A program made the translations under genes and the position numbers. From an archaeon (GTDB taxonomy: Archaea > Asgardarchaeota > Thorarchaeia > Thorarchaeales > Thorarchaeaceae), in NCBI GenBank assembly GCA_024275415.1, contig JAJRZD010000064.1, forward strand, positions 1 through 32,000: a stretch of DNA of 32,000 nucleotides, in the 5' to 3' direction. The notes beneath the pieces were generated by a model. The model had not been told where the DNA came from. It worked only from the letters and a program-made list of their open reading frames with translations, and made no database searches. Each line of letters opens with the position of its first letter. The first letter of the stretch is position 1. This document shows positions 16,943 to 26,569 of this stretch, piece after piece.

Positions 16943-18244
16943 ATGAACAAGATAGGTCTGCGGAAGGAAGAAAAAGACTTCGAGTCGCGTGTTCCGATAG
17001 TTCCTGATCATATACGCCTTTTGCACGAGAAATATGGGATTGATTTCGTCATCGAGCCGAGTGAGCAACGAGCTTTCAGTCATAAGGACTATCAGATTGC
17101 AGGTGCCACTATTTCTCTCCTAACAGGTAGTGATGTGAATGTCATTCTGGGAATCAAAGAGATGCCTATGGATTTCTTTGAGCCCTCTAAGGTCTATGTG
17201 TTCTTCAGTCATACCGTGAAAGGTCAAAAGCACAACATGCCCATGTTACAGCGGATCTTAAATATTGGAGCAACGCTCATCGACTATGAGCGGATTGTCG
17301 ATGAACGAGGGCGAAGACTTGTCTATTTCGGGAATTGGGCCGGCATAGCCGGCCTAGCAGACACACTACACTCATTTGGGCTGCTGCTTGAGCTGGATGC
17401 TATTAAGCCGAACCCTTTCTACGGGCTCAAGCCTACAATTGAGGTAAATAATCTCCACGAGCTCCAAGCGGAGTTCAAATCACTTGGAAAACGTATAGAG
17501 TCTGATGGCATCCCTGAAACGCTCGCACCTCTTGTAGTCGGATTTGCCGGATATGGGAATGTGTCTCGGGGAGCACAGGAGCTCCTTGATTTCCTTCCCC
17601 TTGAAACAGTATCCCCTGATGATTTGTTCAATCTCCCAGCTCGTTCTGATGTGCTCTACAAATGTGTCTTTAAGGAAGAGCATATGGTAGAACCCGTTGA
17701 CCCTGCGAGTAGTTTCGACTTGCAGGAATACTATAATCACGGCTCCGAAAAATATCAAGGCATTTTCGAGAAGTACATCCCGTACCTCACTATACTGATG
17801 AACTGCATCTATTGGACTGAGAAGTATCCACGTCTGATAACAAAGGAGTTTATGCGGAAACACTGGCACAGTACTGCCCGACGACTCCGTGTCATTGGAG
17901 ATATCTCATGCGACATAGAAGGTGCGATTGAACTCACCATCACAACCACCAAACCCAATGATCCCTCGTTCACATATATCATTGATGAAGACAGGGCCGA
18001 ACAGGGTGTCAGCACAAAAGGTCCCGTCATCATGGCCGTTGATAATCTCCCTTGCGAACTACCACGAGAATCATCTACTTCGTTTAGTACAACCCTTTTG
18101 GAATTTGTGCCCTCTTTGGCAATGGCAAACTTCGATTTGTCTTTCGAATCTTTGGATTTGCCTCGTGAACTACACGATGCGGTTATTGTTCATCGAGGAA
18201 AACTAACCCCGAATTACGAGTATCTGGAAAAATTCCTATCTTAG
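16943..18244 (+). CDS. Lysine-ketoglutarate reductase / saccharopine dehydrogenase (lysine-forming), AlaDH/PNT fold
   Basis: IGLRKEEK..ESRVPIVP, ILGIKE, FFSHTVKGQ, TLIDYERI, GYGNVSRGA, NCIYW..KYPRL, DISCDIEG, AVDNLPCELPRESS. ATG after AGGAGG. Confidence 0.9.
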   Translation: MNKIGLRKEEKDFESRVPIVPDHIRLLHEKYGIDFVIEPSEQRAFSHKDYQIAGATISLLTGSDVNVILGIKEMPMDFFEPSKVYVFFSHTVKGQKHNMPMLQRILNIGATLIDYERIVDERGRRLVYFGNWAGIAGLADTLHSFGLLLELDAIKPNPFYGLKPTIEVNNLHELQAEFKSLGKRIESDGIPETLAPLVVGFAGYGNVSRGAQELLDFLPLETVSPDDLFNLPARSDVLYKCVFKEEHMVEPVDPASSFDLQEYYNHGSEKYQGIFEKYIPYLTILMNCIYWTEKYPRLITKEFMRKHWHSTARRLRVIGDISCDIEGAIELTITTTKPNDPSFTYIIDEDRAEQGVSTKGPVIMAVDNLPCELPRESSTSFSTTLLEFVPSLAMANFDLSFESLDLPRELHDAVIVHRGKLTPNYEYLEKFLS

Positions 18245-18257
18245 GTGAATCAGTACC

Positions 18258-19577
18258 ATGAACAAAATACTATGTCTCGGTGCGGGTCTTGTGGCCCGAC
18301 CCTATGTCCAATATCTCTGTAATCACGGCTTCCAGCTTATAGTAGCAAGCCGTACACAAGAAAAGGCCGAACGAATGGTTGAGGGATGTAGGAATGCCTC
18401 GGCCATCAAGTTCGATATAGCAAAGGACGACGAACTCTTGAACCAACTAACTGCTAGTGTTGATCTTGTCTGCTCTCTGTTGCCCTATACCTATCATGTC
18501 AAGGCCGCAAAAATAGCTATCAGGCATAAGAAACACTTCTGTACAACCTCATATATCTCGCCTGAAATGCAATCTCTTGACGAGTCTGCAAAGAAAGCAG
18601 GCATTTTACTCCTGAACGAATGCGGCGTGGATCCCGGCATTGACCACATGAGTGCAATGAGGATTATTGACCACATTCATAATGCTGGCGGAGAGGTTCA
18701 TAGCTTCACTTCTTTTACTGGGGGTCTCCCTGCCCCGGAATCTAATAACAATCCCTTTGGTTACAAGCTATCATGGAGTCCAAGAGGTGTGTTACTTGCA
18801 GGTAGGAATGATGCCTCATTTCTTAGAGATGGAGAAACGGTTACGATTCCCGGATCTGTCCTTTTCGATAATTACGAGATAATGGAGGTGCCTGGGATGG
18901 GCAAGTTCGAAGGTTACCCCAACCGTGACAGCCTATCATACATTGATATCTATAACATCAAGGAAACGAAGACGATGCTTCGTGGCACATTTCGAAACAT
19001 AGGCTGGTGTCCTACCATGAAAAAGATCGCAGACCTCGGCCTGTTGGATTTGGAGGATCGGGATTTGAGTGGCACCACGTTCGCTCAGATGATTTTGAAC
19101 CTAACTTCAAGTGATGGGGATCCTTTCACCTCTACTGCGACGTATCTCAATCTCCCGCCTAATGATCCAATCCTCAAGCGCATGGAGTGGTTGGGTCTCT
19201 TTGAGGATCGACCAATACCTGAAGGGACTCGCACATATCTGGATACACTATGCCATCTCTTTGAAGAAAAACTTCAGTATGAATCTGGAGAACGCGATAT
19301 GATCATCATGCATCATGACTTTATCGCGAAATACCCTGATCGTCTTGAACGAATCACATCGACATTAGTGGATTATGGCATTCCGAACGGCGATAGTTCG
19401 ATGTCCCGAACGGTCGCACTTCCTGTGGCAATCGCCAGTAGGATGATTCTCGAAGGGAGGATTGACTTGACAGGCGTACACCGTCCAATTCTTCCAGAGA
19501 TATATAATCCGATTCTCGACGAACTTGTGAAACTAGGAATATCCCTTGATGAGCATACAACAAAAATCACAGAATAA
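18258..19577 (+). CDS. Saccharopine dehydrogenase (glutamate-forming)
   Basis: ILCLGAGLVARP, SLLPYTYH, NECGVDPGIDHMSA, GGLPAPE..NNPFGYKLSWSPRGVL, EGYPNRDS, SSMSRTVALPVAIA. Confidence 0.93.
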   Translation: MNKILCLGAGLVARPYVQYLCNHGFQLIVASRTQEKAERMVEGCRNASAIKFDIAKDDELLNQLTASVDLVCSLLPYTYHVKAAKIAIRHKKHFCTTSYISPEMQSLDESAKKAGILLLNECGVDPGIDHMSAMRIIDHIHNAGGEVHSFTSFTGGLPAPESNNNPFGYKLSWSPRGVLLAGRNDASFLRDGETVTIPGSVLFDNYEIMEVPGMGKFEGYPNRDSLSYIDIYNIKETKTMLRGTFRNIGWCPTMKKIADLGLLDLEDRDLSGTTFAQMILNLTSSDGDPFTSTATYLNLPPNDPILKRMEWLGLFEDRPIPEGTRTYLDTLCHLFEEKLQYESGERDMIIMHHDFIAKYPDRLERITSTLVDYGIPNGDSSMSRTVALPVAIASRMILEGRIDLTGVHRPILPEIYNPILDELVKLGISLDEHTTKITE

Positions 19578-19598
19578 ATGTCTGGCTGAGAGAATCAA

Positions 19599-20228
19599 TC
19601 ATTTGCCAACTCTCACTTGGAGTATTGATAGGATTTTCTCAGCGCGCCCAATTTCTTTCTTGACATCCTCAATTTCAGTCTTCAAACGGTACATGTAGCC
19701 AGACCTATTTCCTATTCGTTCTAGATGTCCTTTTCCATTGTTCCACATTCTGGCAAGATATGTTGATGCAGTACTCTTTGGGAGGTTTTCCTCAAACGTG
19801 TTCTGATATATCTCAGTGACATCAAGTGATGAGAATTTGCCATGTTTGAATGACGCGTAGATAACCATCTGGAGCTTTTCAAAGTTACTCATTGACTCGT
19901 AATCTGACTCTTCAATCTCCACATCGCTGGGCTTTTCAGTTGATCTGACGATAGAGCATCCCGTACTAGCTTCCAGAAAAACCTTGAATTTCTCAAGCAT
20001 TTCCTCTATGCTACTACCCTTGACCTGAAAACTTGATTCCTCCCCTGTGACCTCATCTGAAACCACTATTTTGAAATCAAATGGCGCTTCTGCTAACGAA
20101 AGCATTCGTTCGAATCGTTTCAGTGCTTCACCTGGAAGGACGTATCTGCACTGAAATATCTCTCTGGTTTTTGGAGATGAATTGTACGTGAAGGCGTACA
20201 GATAATTAGTTCGTCCTGTATCAGGCAT
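19599..20228 (-). CDS. Hypothetical protein with C-terminal winged helix-turn-helix
   Basis: FSSLDVTEIYQNTFEENLPKSTASTYLARMW..GHLERIGNRSGYMYRL fits a wHTH recognition helix plus wing. Confidence 0.75.
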   Translation of the reverse strand: MPDTGRTNYLYAFTYNSSPKTREIFQCRYVLPGEALKRFERMLSLAEAPFDFKIVVSDEVTGEESSFQVKGSSIEEMLEKFKVFLEASTGCSIVRSTEKPSDVEIEESDYESMSNFEKLQMVIYASFKHGKFSSLDVTEIYQNTFEENLPKSTASTYLARMWNNGKGHLERIGNRSGYMYRLKTEIEDVKKEIGRAEKILSILQVRVGK

Positions 20229-20260
20229 ATCGTTCAGTATCCAAACTATTCTTTGGGGTC

Positions 20261-20689
20261 ATTCACAAAATTAATGCGTTTATATCCAAATAAGTGTGAG
20301 TATGTGAATCGTGTATATCCCAATAAGTACAAGGTATTGCGTACATAGCTATTTTGAGCGTGATAATCACAGATTTCCTTTGTTATGACAACGAAAACGT
20401 TAGAAATCTGCTTAAAGATGTTATTAACGCTTATTTTCGTGGTTTAAGATGATTATCCAATTCCATTAACATTCACACAAATATGGGTGCTGTGAACAAC
20501 GATACCGACCTATCTAAACGCTCCTCTCCGATTTCCAGTGGAAACGAAGGGGTATGATAAATCACAATCAACTGCTTCTTTATACGCTCCCTCTATTCAA
20601 ACTAAGCCATATGACTCCTCTTTTTCTGTCCACCGTTCACAAAAAAGGCGCCATTCACAGATATATACTGTGAACGCGTGATTGTGAAT
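20261..20689. repeat. Array of ten R(T/A)TCACA heptamers in both orientations
   Basis: ATTCACA at 20261+, 20303-, 20471+, 20653+, 20683-; GTTCACA at 20491-, 20635+, 20669-; AATCACA at 20365+, 20560+. Confidence 0.75.
20532..20553 (+). promoter_or_regulatory. ORB-like element
   Basis: TTTCCAGTGGAAACGAAGGGGT closely matches the canonical archaeal ORB (TTCCAGTGGAAAC + G-string). Confidence 0.8.
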
Positions 20690-20713
20690 ACGATTCTGTT
20701 GTGGTACCTTTTC

Positions 20714-21715
20714 CTACTCGATAGGGACAAGATAGTCCGTTTTGCATTCACCTACGACGAGTTGGAGGAACGGGTCTGCACCTTCGATTTGCACAGACTC
20801 TAATCTCCCCCTTGCCTCCACATTCATTCCTTTCATCACATGTTCAGTAAAACGTCCTCGATAACTAATGATTCGCCTGACACCAGGGTTGCTTTGGCAA
20901 CTCACATCATATTCACACGGTGTAAAGATACCCTGTGAATCGTCAATTATCTGACAACGTATCGTTCTTTTTCCAACATATGTATGCTTTGAATACTCGT
21001 ACCTTCTTTTCACTTCGTTTGGATCCTTCACTAACCGAATGAAAAACTCATGATTATGAAAGATGCCCTGTAGAACTTTTGTACCTTCAATCTGATATAA
21101 CCAAGTGTACTGCTCCCCTAGACTTCCCCATCTAAACGTGACATGCCTTGAAAGGGCTTTTCCCGTATACCTTTCCAATTCAGGGATATTTGTTTTCAGT
21201 GCATCATAGGCTGCCCTACAATATTCTTCTCCAAATACAATCAAATCAATATCAGAGTCCTCGGTTGAGAGCCCTGCGAGCAAAGATCCCGTCACTCCAA
21301 ATGAGGAAAGAGGAATTCCCGACACATCAGCGATCCTGTCAGCCAATCTGACAGAATTGCATTCCAACTCATTCAAATGAACTCCTTTGTCACGCAATTG
21401 ACTTAGGCAATCCCTCGGATCTAAAATGAATTTAATATGCGTGTAGGCAACACTTTGCAGTAGACGGTTTGTGTTCTTATCAAACCAGAGGTATTCCGGA
21501 TAGTTCTCTCGAAGAAAATTCTCTCGTTCACCCAAATCATATATCTTCGAGTATCTCATTCCATCCGTTCTGGTGCGTGCTCCATACTCGTCAGGCACAT
21601 ATCGCAGATAAGCTATGAATCTGCCCCGAGGATGAACGACACCCTTTACCTCAAAGATAAGGTCGCTATCCGTGATGATGAAATAGCCTTCACATACAGA
21701 ATCCATTATCGACAT
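20714..21715 (-). CDS. Predicted archaeal nucleotidyltransferase (COG1665-like)
   Basis: LIFEVKGVVHP..RFIAYLRYVP N-terminus and GVTGSLLAGLSTEDSDIDLIVFG Pol-beta NTase motif. The start is trimmed because the ORF-track extension overlaps the divergent gene. Confidence 0.85.
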   Translation of the reverse strand: MSIMDSVCEGYFIITDSDLIFEVKGVVHPRGRFIAYLRYVPDEYGARTRTDGMRYSKIYDLGERENFLRENYPEYLWFDKNTNRLLQSVAYTHIKFILDPRDCLSQLRDKGVHLNELECNSVRLADRIADVSGIPLSSFGVTGSLLAGLSTEDSDIDLIVFGEEYCRAAYDALKTNIPELERYTGKALSRHVTFRWGSLGEQYTWLYQIEGTKVLQGIFHNHEFFIRLVKDPNEVKRRYEYSKHTYVGKRTIRCQIIDDSQGIFTPCEYDVSCQSNPGVRRIISYRGRFTEHVMKGMNVEARGRLESVQIEGADPFLQLVVGECKTDYLVPIE

Positions 21716-21764
21716 ACCAACGACATTACAATTAAAGGCAGTCGGTTGTACTTTCAGGAGTGTG

Positions 21765-22973
21765 ATGCGAATGAATATCCGTTCACATTTTCCTGTCCTC
21801 TCGAAATATCCAGAACTGATATACCTTGATTCTGCAAGCACAACCCTGATACCGGAAGTGGTGATTGAGAGTGTCTGTGAATTTTTGTCATCTATCGTAT
21901 CATCTTCCAGACGTGGGGCACATATGCTAGCAGTACACGGCGGAAGTGTCGTTGAGGATGTAAGAAGGCAACTGGCAAATTTCCTAGGCACCGATACATC
22001 CCAAGTATCATTTCAAAAATCAATCCCGACCGCTGTCGTTTCTTTCGCGTTAGGATACGACTGGAAAGCAAAAGGAAAGGATACCATTTTAGTTGCAGAA
22101 AGTGAAGAACACTCAGTTCTTGTAGCACTTCGAAGATTGTCTGAGATTCTCCATTTGAACTTCAAATTGGTTCCGATAGACCGTAATGGTCATCTAGATC
22201 TCGGAGTTCTAGAAGACCTGCTAGATGACCTCGTGGGCATCGTGGCAATATGTTCTAGAACCTTAGGGTGGGGTGTACAGAACCCCCTTAGAGAAATCTC
22301 CACCTTAGTTCATGATTATGATGTGACACTCATTTCCGACATGAGTCGTTCTTTTGGCTTTGAGCTCCCAGAGATGATCAACACTGGAGTAAATATCGCA
22401 TTTGCATCAGCGAACATGTCCTTTATGGCTCCCCCTGGACTAGTCATCCAATGGACTAATCAACTGACGAACGACCATCACACTCCCGGGATTCTAGGTG
22501 GGTCTGGCGTCACAGATGTGAACTTGGCTGGTTACAATGCAGCACTCCCACCAGATAAATTTGAGTCAGGAATGCTTAACATACCTGCAATCGCAGGACT
22601 TGGTAAAGGGCTAGAGTATCTTACCGGAATTGGAAAGGAACGCATTGAATCTCACTTAACGAAACTAGCCACTAACACCCGTAGACGCTTGGAGTCAATT
22701 TCATCACTGACCCTTTATGGGACTACCACAGAGAATACACCTATTCTTGGTTTTAATCTTGGTTCAGAAGACTTGATTAGTTGTCACGATATTGCGTTGT
22801 TCCTAGACGAGTCAAATATTGCAGTGAGAAGTGGACTCCTGTGTGCCCATCCTCTCGTAAAACAGGTAGCAACAGAAGGGATTATCCAGATGTCATTGAG
22901 CATCTACAATACCCCAGAAGAAATTGACAAAGTAGCTGATACCCTTGAGATTATTGCAAAGGATCTTGTGTGA
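21765..22973 (+). CDS. SufS/CsdA-like class V aminotransferase-fold protein, degenerate at PLP-binding residues
   Basis: IYLDSASTT, PDKFESGMLNI, RSGLLCAHP present. The SGHK motif reads SANM. Confidence 0.85.
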   Translation: MRMNIRSHFPVLSKYPELIYLDSASTTLIPEVVIESVCEFLSSIVSSSRRGAHMLAVHGGSVVEDVRRQLANFLGTDTSQVSFQKSIPTAVVSFALGYDWKAKGKDTILVAESEEHSVLVALRRLSEILHLNFKLVPIDRNGHLDLGVLEDLLDDLVGIVAICSRTLGWGVQNPLREISTLVHDYDVTLISDMSRSFGFELPEMINTGVNIAFASANMSFMAPPGLVIQWTNQLTNDHHTPGILGGSGVTDVNLAGYNAALPPDKFESGMLNIPAIAGLGKGLEYLTGIGKERIESHLTKLATNTRRRLESISSLTLYGTTTENTPILGFNLGSEDLISCHDIALFLDESNIAVRSGLLCAHPLVKQVATEGIIQMSLSIYNTPEEIDKVADTLEIIAKDLV

Positions 22974-22978
22974 TGATA

Positions 22979-23230
22979 TTATCCCATTGTGAATAAAGGT
23001 GGGTACATGACAAAGTACTGTATGACTACGGCAAGCACGATTCCACTGAAAACAAGCCCTTTCCCTCTTTTCATATTCACCTCGGTGAACCAAAGAATGG
23101 CTCCTACCATCACAACTATCACAGCAGAGATTCTTCCAATGAAAATCAGGAATTCCCAAATCTCTGCAAAGTATCCTGCTATTATATTAGCGAAATCGGT
23201 CAGTGGCGATTGAAGCATGAACGCTGTCAT
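22979..23230 (-). CDS. Small two-TM membrane protein (VirB2/TrbC/CedA pilin-like architecture)
   Basis: Hydrophobic helix ISAVIVVMVGAILWF, short basic loop KRGKG, second helix LVFSGIVLAVVIQYF. The pilin assignment is tentative. Confidence 0.65.
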   Translation of the reverse strand: MTAFMLQSPLTDFANIIAGYFAEIWEFLIFIGRISAVIVVMVGAILWFTEVNMKRGKGLVFSGIVLAVVIQYFVMYPPLFTMG

Positions 23231-23274
23231 AGGTTTCACACATAACTAATGAGTTACCGTACGATTTAAGCTCC

Positions 23275-25098
23275 TTACAGGACCGTGACCGACTTTGCCA
23301 GATTTCGTGGTTTATCTGGGTCATATCCCTTCAGTGTTGCCATGTAATAGCTGAATAACTGTAACGGAACAATATATGGCATGACTGAAAACTCCGGCTC
23401 TACCCCCCTTGGAATAGAGAATACGCTATCAGATAAGGACTGTATTTCTCCATCACCTTCTTCTAGCACTGATACGATTGATGCTCCTCTTGCCTTCATT
23501 TCCATAATATTGCCAATCAATCTTGTACGTGTTTCATCATTGGGTGCTACAAAAATGACCGGATAGTTATCTTGTACCAATGCAATTGGCCCATGCTTTG
23601 ATTCCCCTGCTGAGTATCCCTCTGCATGATTATATGCGATTTCCTTCAGCTTCAATGCTCCCTCACATGCCGTAGCAATAGAGATTCCCCTTCCTAGAAA
23701 AAGCATACTGGGGCTTGCGTAATATAGTCTGGCATAATGCCGAGCGTGCTCTTCTTCAGTGGCAATAACCCTCGAAACAATTTTGGGCATCTTTTCAAGC
23801 GCTGATCGTTTGATAGCAATAATCTCTGGATCCTGGTGAGCTGTCAATTCCCCCAGAGCTAATGCTAGTTGTGCCAATGACGTAAGTTGCACCATGAAGG
23901 TTTTCGTTGCTGCAACCCCAATCTCCGGCCCCGCCTGAGTGATGATAGTGTGATCCGCTAATCTGGTAATCGAACTGCCTACGACGTTGGTAACAGCCAC
24001 TATCCTTGCGCCCAGCCGTTTTGCATATTTTGCAGCCATTATCGTGTCCGTCGTTTCACCAGACTGAGTAATGGCCAATACTAAGTCGTTTTCTGTTATC
24101 ACATCATAAACGCTATCCTGAAAATCACTGGCTAGCTCAACTATCGGCAGCACACCACCGAGAGATGCAAACATATGTTTCCCAGCTACCGCGGCATGTC
24201 CTGACGTTCCCATTGCAAGGAAAAACAGATTGTCGGCGTTGGAGATGAGTTTGGCAGCACCCTCGATGATTTCAGGTCTCAATCTTAGGGTGCCCTTGAT
24301 AGCATCAGGCTGTTCATGGATTTCCTTAAGCATAAAATGAGGGAATCCACCTTTTTGGGCCTGATCGGCTGTCCAGCTTATTTTGATTGTTTCACGTGCC
24401 ACTTTTTGCCCGTTATGGAGCTTTTCGATATCAATCCCGTCAATAGTAAGTGTGGCTAATTCACCGTCAAGAAGAAGAATCATATTATTGGTAACTGGGA
24501 GAAATGCAGGAATATCCGACGAAACATAGCTCGTCTTATCTTGCCTGCCAATTACCAATGGATTACCATCTCTTGTGGCAACCATCTTGTCTGGCTCACG
24601 GGTACTCATCACAACAACCGCATATGTTCCTTCAATCAATGACGTAGTCATTTTCAATGCTTCTTTTAGTGATCTTCCATCATTCATGAAATCCTCAATC
24701 AAATGAGGAAGAATTTCCGTATCCGTTTCTGATTTGAATGTATGACCCTTCTTTATCAAATCTTCTCGAAGCTCGAGGAAATTATCTATGACTCCATTAT
24801 GGACAACAGCAATCTCGTCATTACAATCAAAGTGGGGATGTGAGTTATACATTGAAGGAATCCCATGTGTCGCCCACCGAGTATGCCCAATCCCAATACT
24901 ACCCGGAAGGTCATCTAGATTCAGCATCTGATGAACCTCATCGATTTTTCCCTTATCCTTCTTGGTAAACAACCGACTAGTATCTAGTGTTGTAATCCCC
25001 ACCGAATCATACCCTCTATACTCTAATCTTCTCAATGCCTGATGGATGAACGGTGCGACTTCTCCTTTCTCCTGTATAACGCCAATAATTCCACACAT
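23275..25098 (-). CDS. glmS: Glutamine--fructose-6-phosphate aminotransferase
   Basis: MCGIIG N-terminus, LEYRGYDS, GHTRWATHG, SQSGET, EGALKLKEI, PRNLAKSVTV. Confidence 0.98.
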   Translation of the reverse strand: MCGIIGVIQEKGEVAPFIHQALRRLEYRGYDSVGITTLDTSRLFTKKDKGKIDEVHQMLNLDDLPGSIGIGHTRWATHGIPSMYNSHPHFDCNDEIAVVHNGVIDNFLELREDLIKKGHTFKSETDTEILPHLIEDFMNDGRSLKEALKMTTSLIEGTYAVVVMSTREPDKMVATRDGNPLVIGRQDKTSYVSSDIPAFLPVTNNMILLLDGELATLTIDGIDIEKLHNGQKVARETIKISWTADQAQKGGFPHFMLKEIHEQPDAIKGTLRLRPEIIEGAAKLISNADNLFFLAMGTSGHAAVAGKHMFASLGGVLPIVELASDFQDSVYDVITENDLVLAITQSGETTDTIMAAKYAKRLGARIVAVTNVVGSSITRLADHTIITQAGPEIGVAATKTFMVQLTSLAQLALALGELTAHQDPEIIAIKRSALEKMPKIVSRVIATEEEHARHYARLYYASPSMLFLGRGISIATACEGALKLKEIAYNHAEGYSAGESKHGPIALVQDNYPVIFVAPNDETRTRLIGNIMEMKARGASIVSVLEEGDGEIQSLSDSVFSIPRGVEPEFSVMPYIVPLQLFSYYMATLKGYDPDKPRNLAKSVTVL

Positions 25099-25187
25099 AG
25101 TGGTTTTTCCTCATTGATATTAAGCAGATAGTACTATAGATGGACTGTTTCAAGAAAGAGTTTTTGCTAAAATGAAATTCCAATTTT

Positions 25188-25499
25188 CTAGCCAGTAAGC
25201 TCTATCTCAATATATACGGAATCTGGGATACGAACACGCATTATTTGTCTGATAGCTCGCTCATCGGCATCGATGTCAATAAGCCGTTTATGAACTCTCA
25301 TCTCCCATTTGTCCCAGGACTCTGAGCCCTGTCCACAAGGTGTTTTCCGAGTTGGGATTACCATTCTTCTAGTAGGAAGCGGAATCGGGCCTGACATCCT
25401 TACACCAGTTTTTCGAGTAATTCGACGAATCTGATTACAGACGCCGTCCAGATGCTCTGTGCTTGTACTTGATAGTCTGATTCTTGCTCTTTGTGTCAT
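25188..25499 (-). CDS. rps10: 30S ribosomal protein S10 (uS10)
   Basis: [40 protein letters not shown]. Confidence 0.97.
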   Translation of the reverse strand: MTQRARIRLSSTSTEHLDGVCNQIRRITRKTGVRMSGPIPLPTRRMVIPTRKTPCGQGSESWDKWEMRVHKRLIDIDADERAIRQIMRVRIPDSVYIEIELTG

Positions 25500-25639
25500 A
25501 TCGATATCCCGCTCCGATATGCTGGTGTTCATCTCCTAGAGATTTTGGTTCCGATAAAAAGATTGTCTTATGCCTTAGAACCAATCTGAGATAACAATTT
25601 CCATAAGCGATTATGGATCACAAAGGCTTGGTGCCAAAT

Positions 25640-26437
25640 ATGACCGAAGTTATACTTCTCAAGCTTGGTGGATCAGTGATCACACACAAACATGATTCCC
25701 CTCCTCGACTTGCCATTAATAACGTGAGAAGAATCGCAAAGGAGCTCCAAGGTGTTTCAAGTCCTATGATCGTTGTCCTTGGTGGCGGTGCTCACGGTCA
25801 TCAAGCAGCGCACTCCTTTGGCTATGGAAATCCAACTACTCCCTCTACAAAGCTTATTGCAGGTATCCCCCAAATTCGGCGCAATATGACTGAACTCTCC
25901 TCAAGTATTGAACATATTTTTTCCCAAAATGGGATTAACTCGGTCGTAATTCCTCCTTTCGCTTCCACCTTTTTGAACGACGGTGAAATAATATCATTTT
26001 CACTTAGCATAATGGAACGAACCATCGAGTCAGGTATTAATGTGATTACGCATGGAGATGTTTGTTATGACCTACAAAGAGGCGCCGCAATCCTAAGTGG
26101 GGATACCGTGATAACTTATCTTGCTCACTCAATGCATCCAAAAAGAATTCTAATCGGAACCGATGTGGATGGTATCTTTGATGGCAACCCTCGCAACAAT
26201 CCCCATGCAAAGGTGGTTCCAAGGATTGACAGTTCCAACCGGGAACAAATTCTTAGCCAAGTAGAATCTTCCTCTGCAATTGACGTTACCGGAGGTATGC
26301 TGAAAAAAGTTCAAGAGCTATTATCCATCCAAGGTGGAAATATCGAATCTATCATATTCAATCTAACCGTGCCTGGCAGGTTAGAACGATTGATAAATGG
26401 AAAATCAGTCATTTGTACGAAAGTCTTGTCCCGCTAG
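25640..26437 (+). CDS. ipk: Isopentenyl phosphate kinase (amino acid kinase family)
   Basis: LLKLGGSVITHK, GGGAHGHQAA (IPK His), HGDV, ILSGD, GTDVDGIF, DVTGGMLKKV. Confidence 0.9.
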   Translation: MTEVILLKLGGSVITHKHDSPPRLAINNVRRIAKELQGVSSPMIVVLGGGAHGHQAAHSFGYGNPTTPSTKLIAGIPQIRRNMTELSSSIEHIFSQNGINSVVIPPFASTFLNDGEIISFSLSIMERTIESGINVITHGDVCYDLQRGAAILSGDTVITYLAHSMHPKRILIGTDVDGIFDGNPRNNPHAKVVPRIDSSNREQILSQVESSSAIDVTGGMLKKVQELLSIQGGNIESIIFNLTVPGRLERLINGKSVICTKVLSR

Positions 26438-26569
26438 CAGACTTGTGTGAAAAGACAATAAAGACTTTCTAATTGGATGAATCTCGAACCGACTCGTGTT
26501 TGAACTGATGCCTTTCAATCATCGTCCATTTTAGTCCTGCCTCGTTAGTTCGAGTTTTCATAGAAACTC

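Noticed and set aside
20261-20689. Heptamers as bacterial DnaA boxes or CRP sites
   Set aside because: None matches TTWTNCACA exactly, there is no TGTGA-N6-TCACA arrangement, and the context is archaeal.
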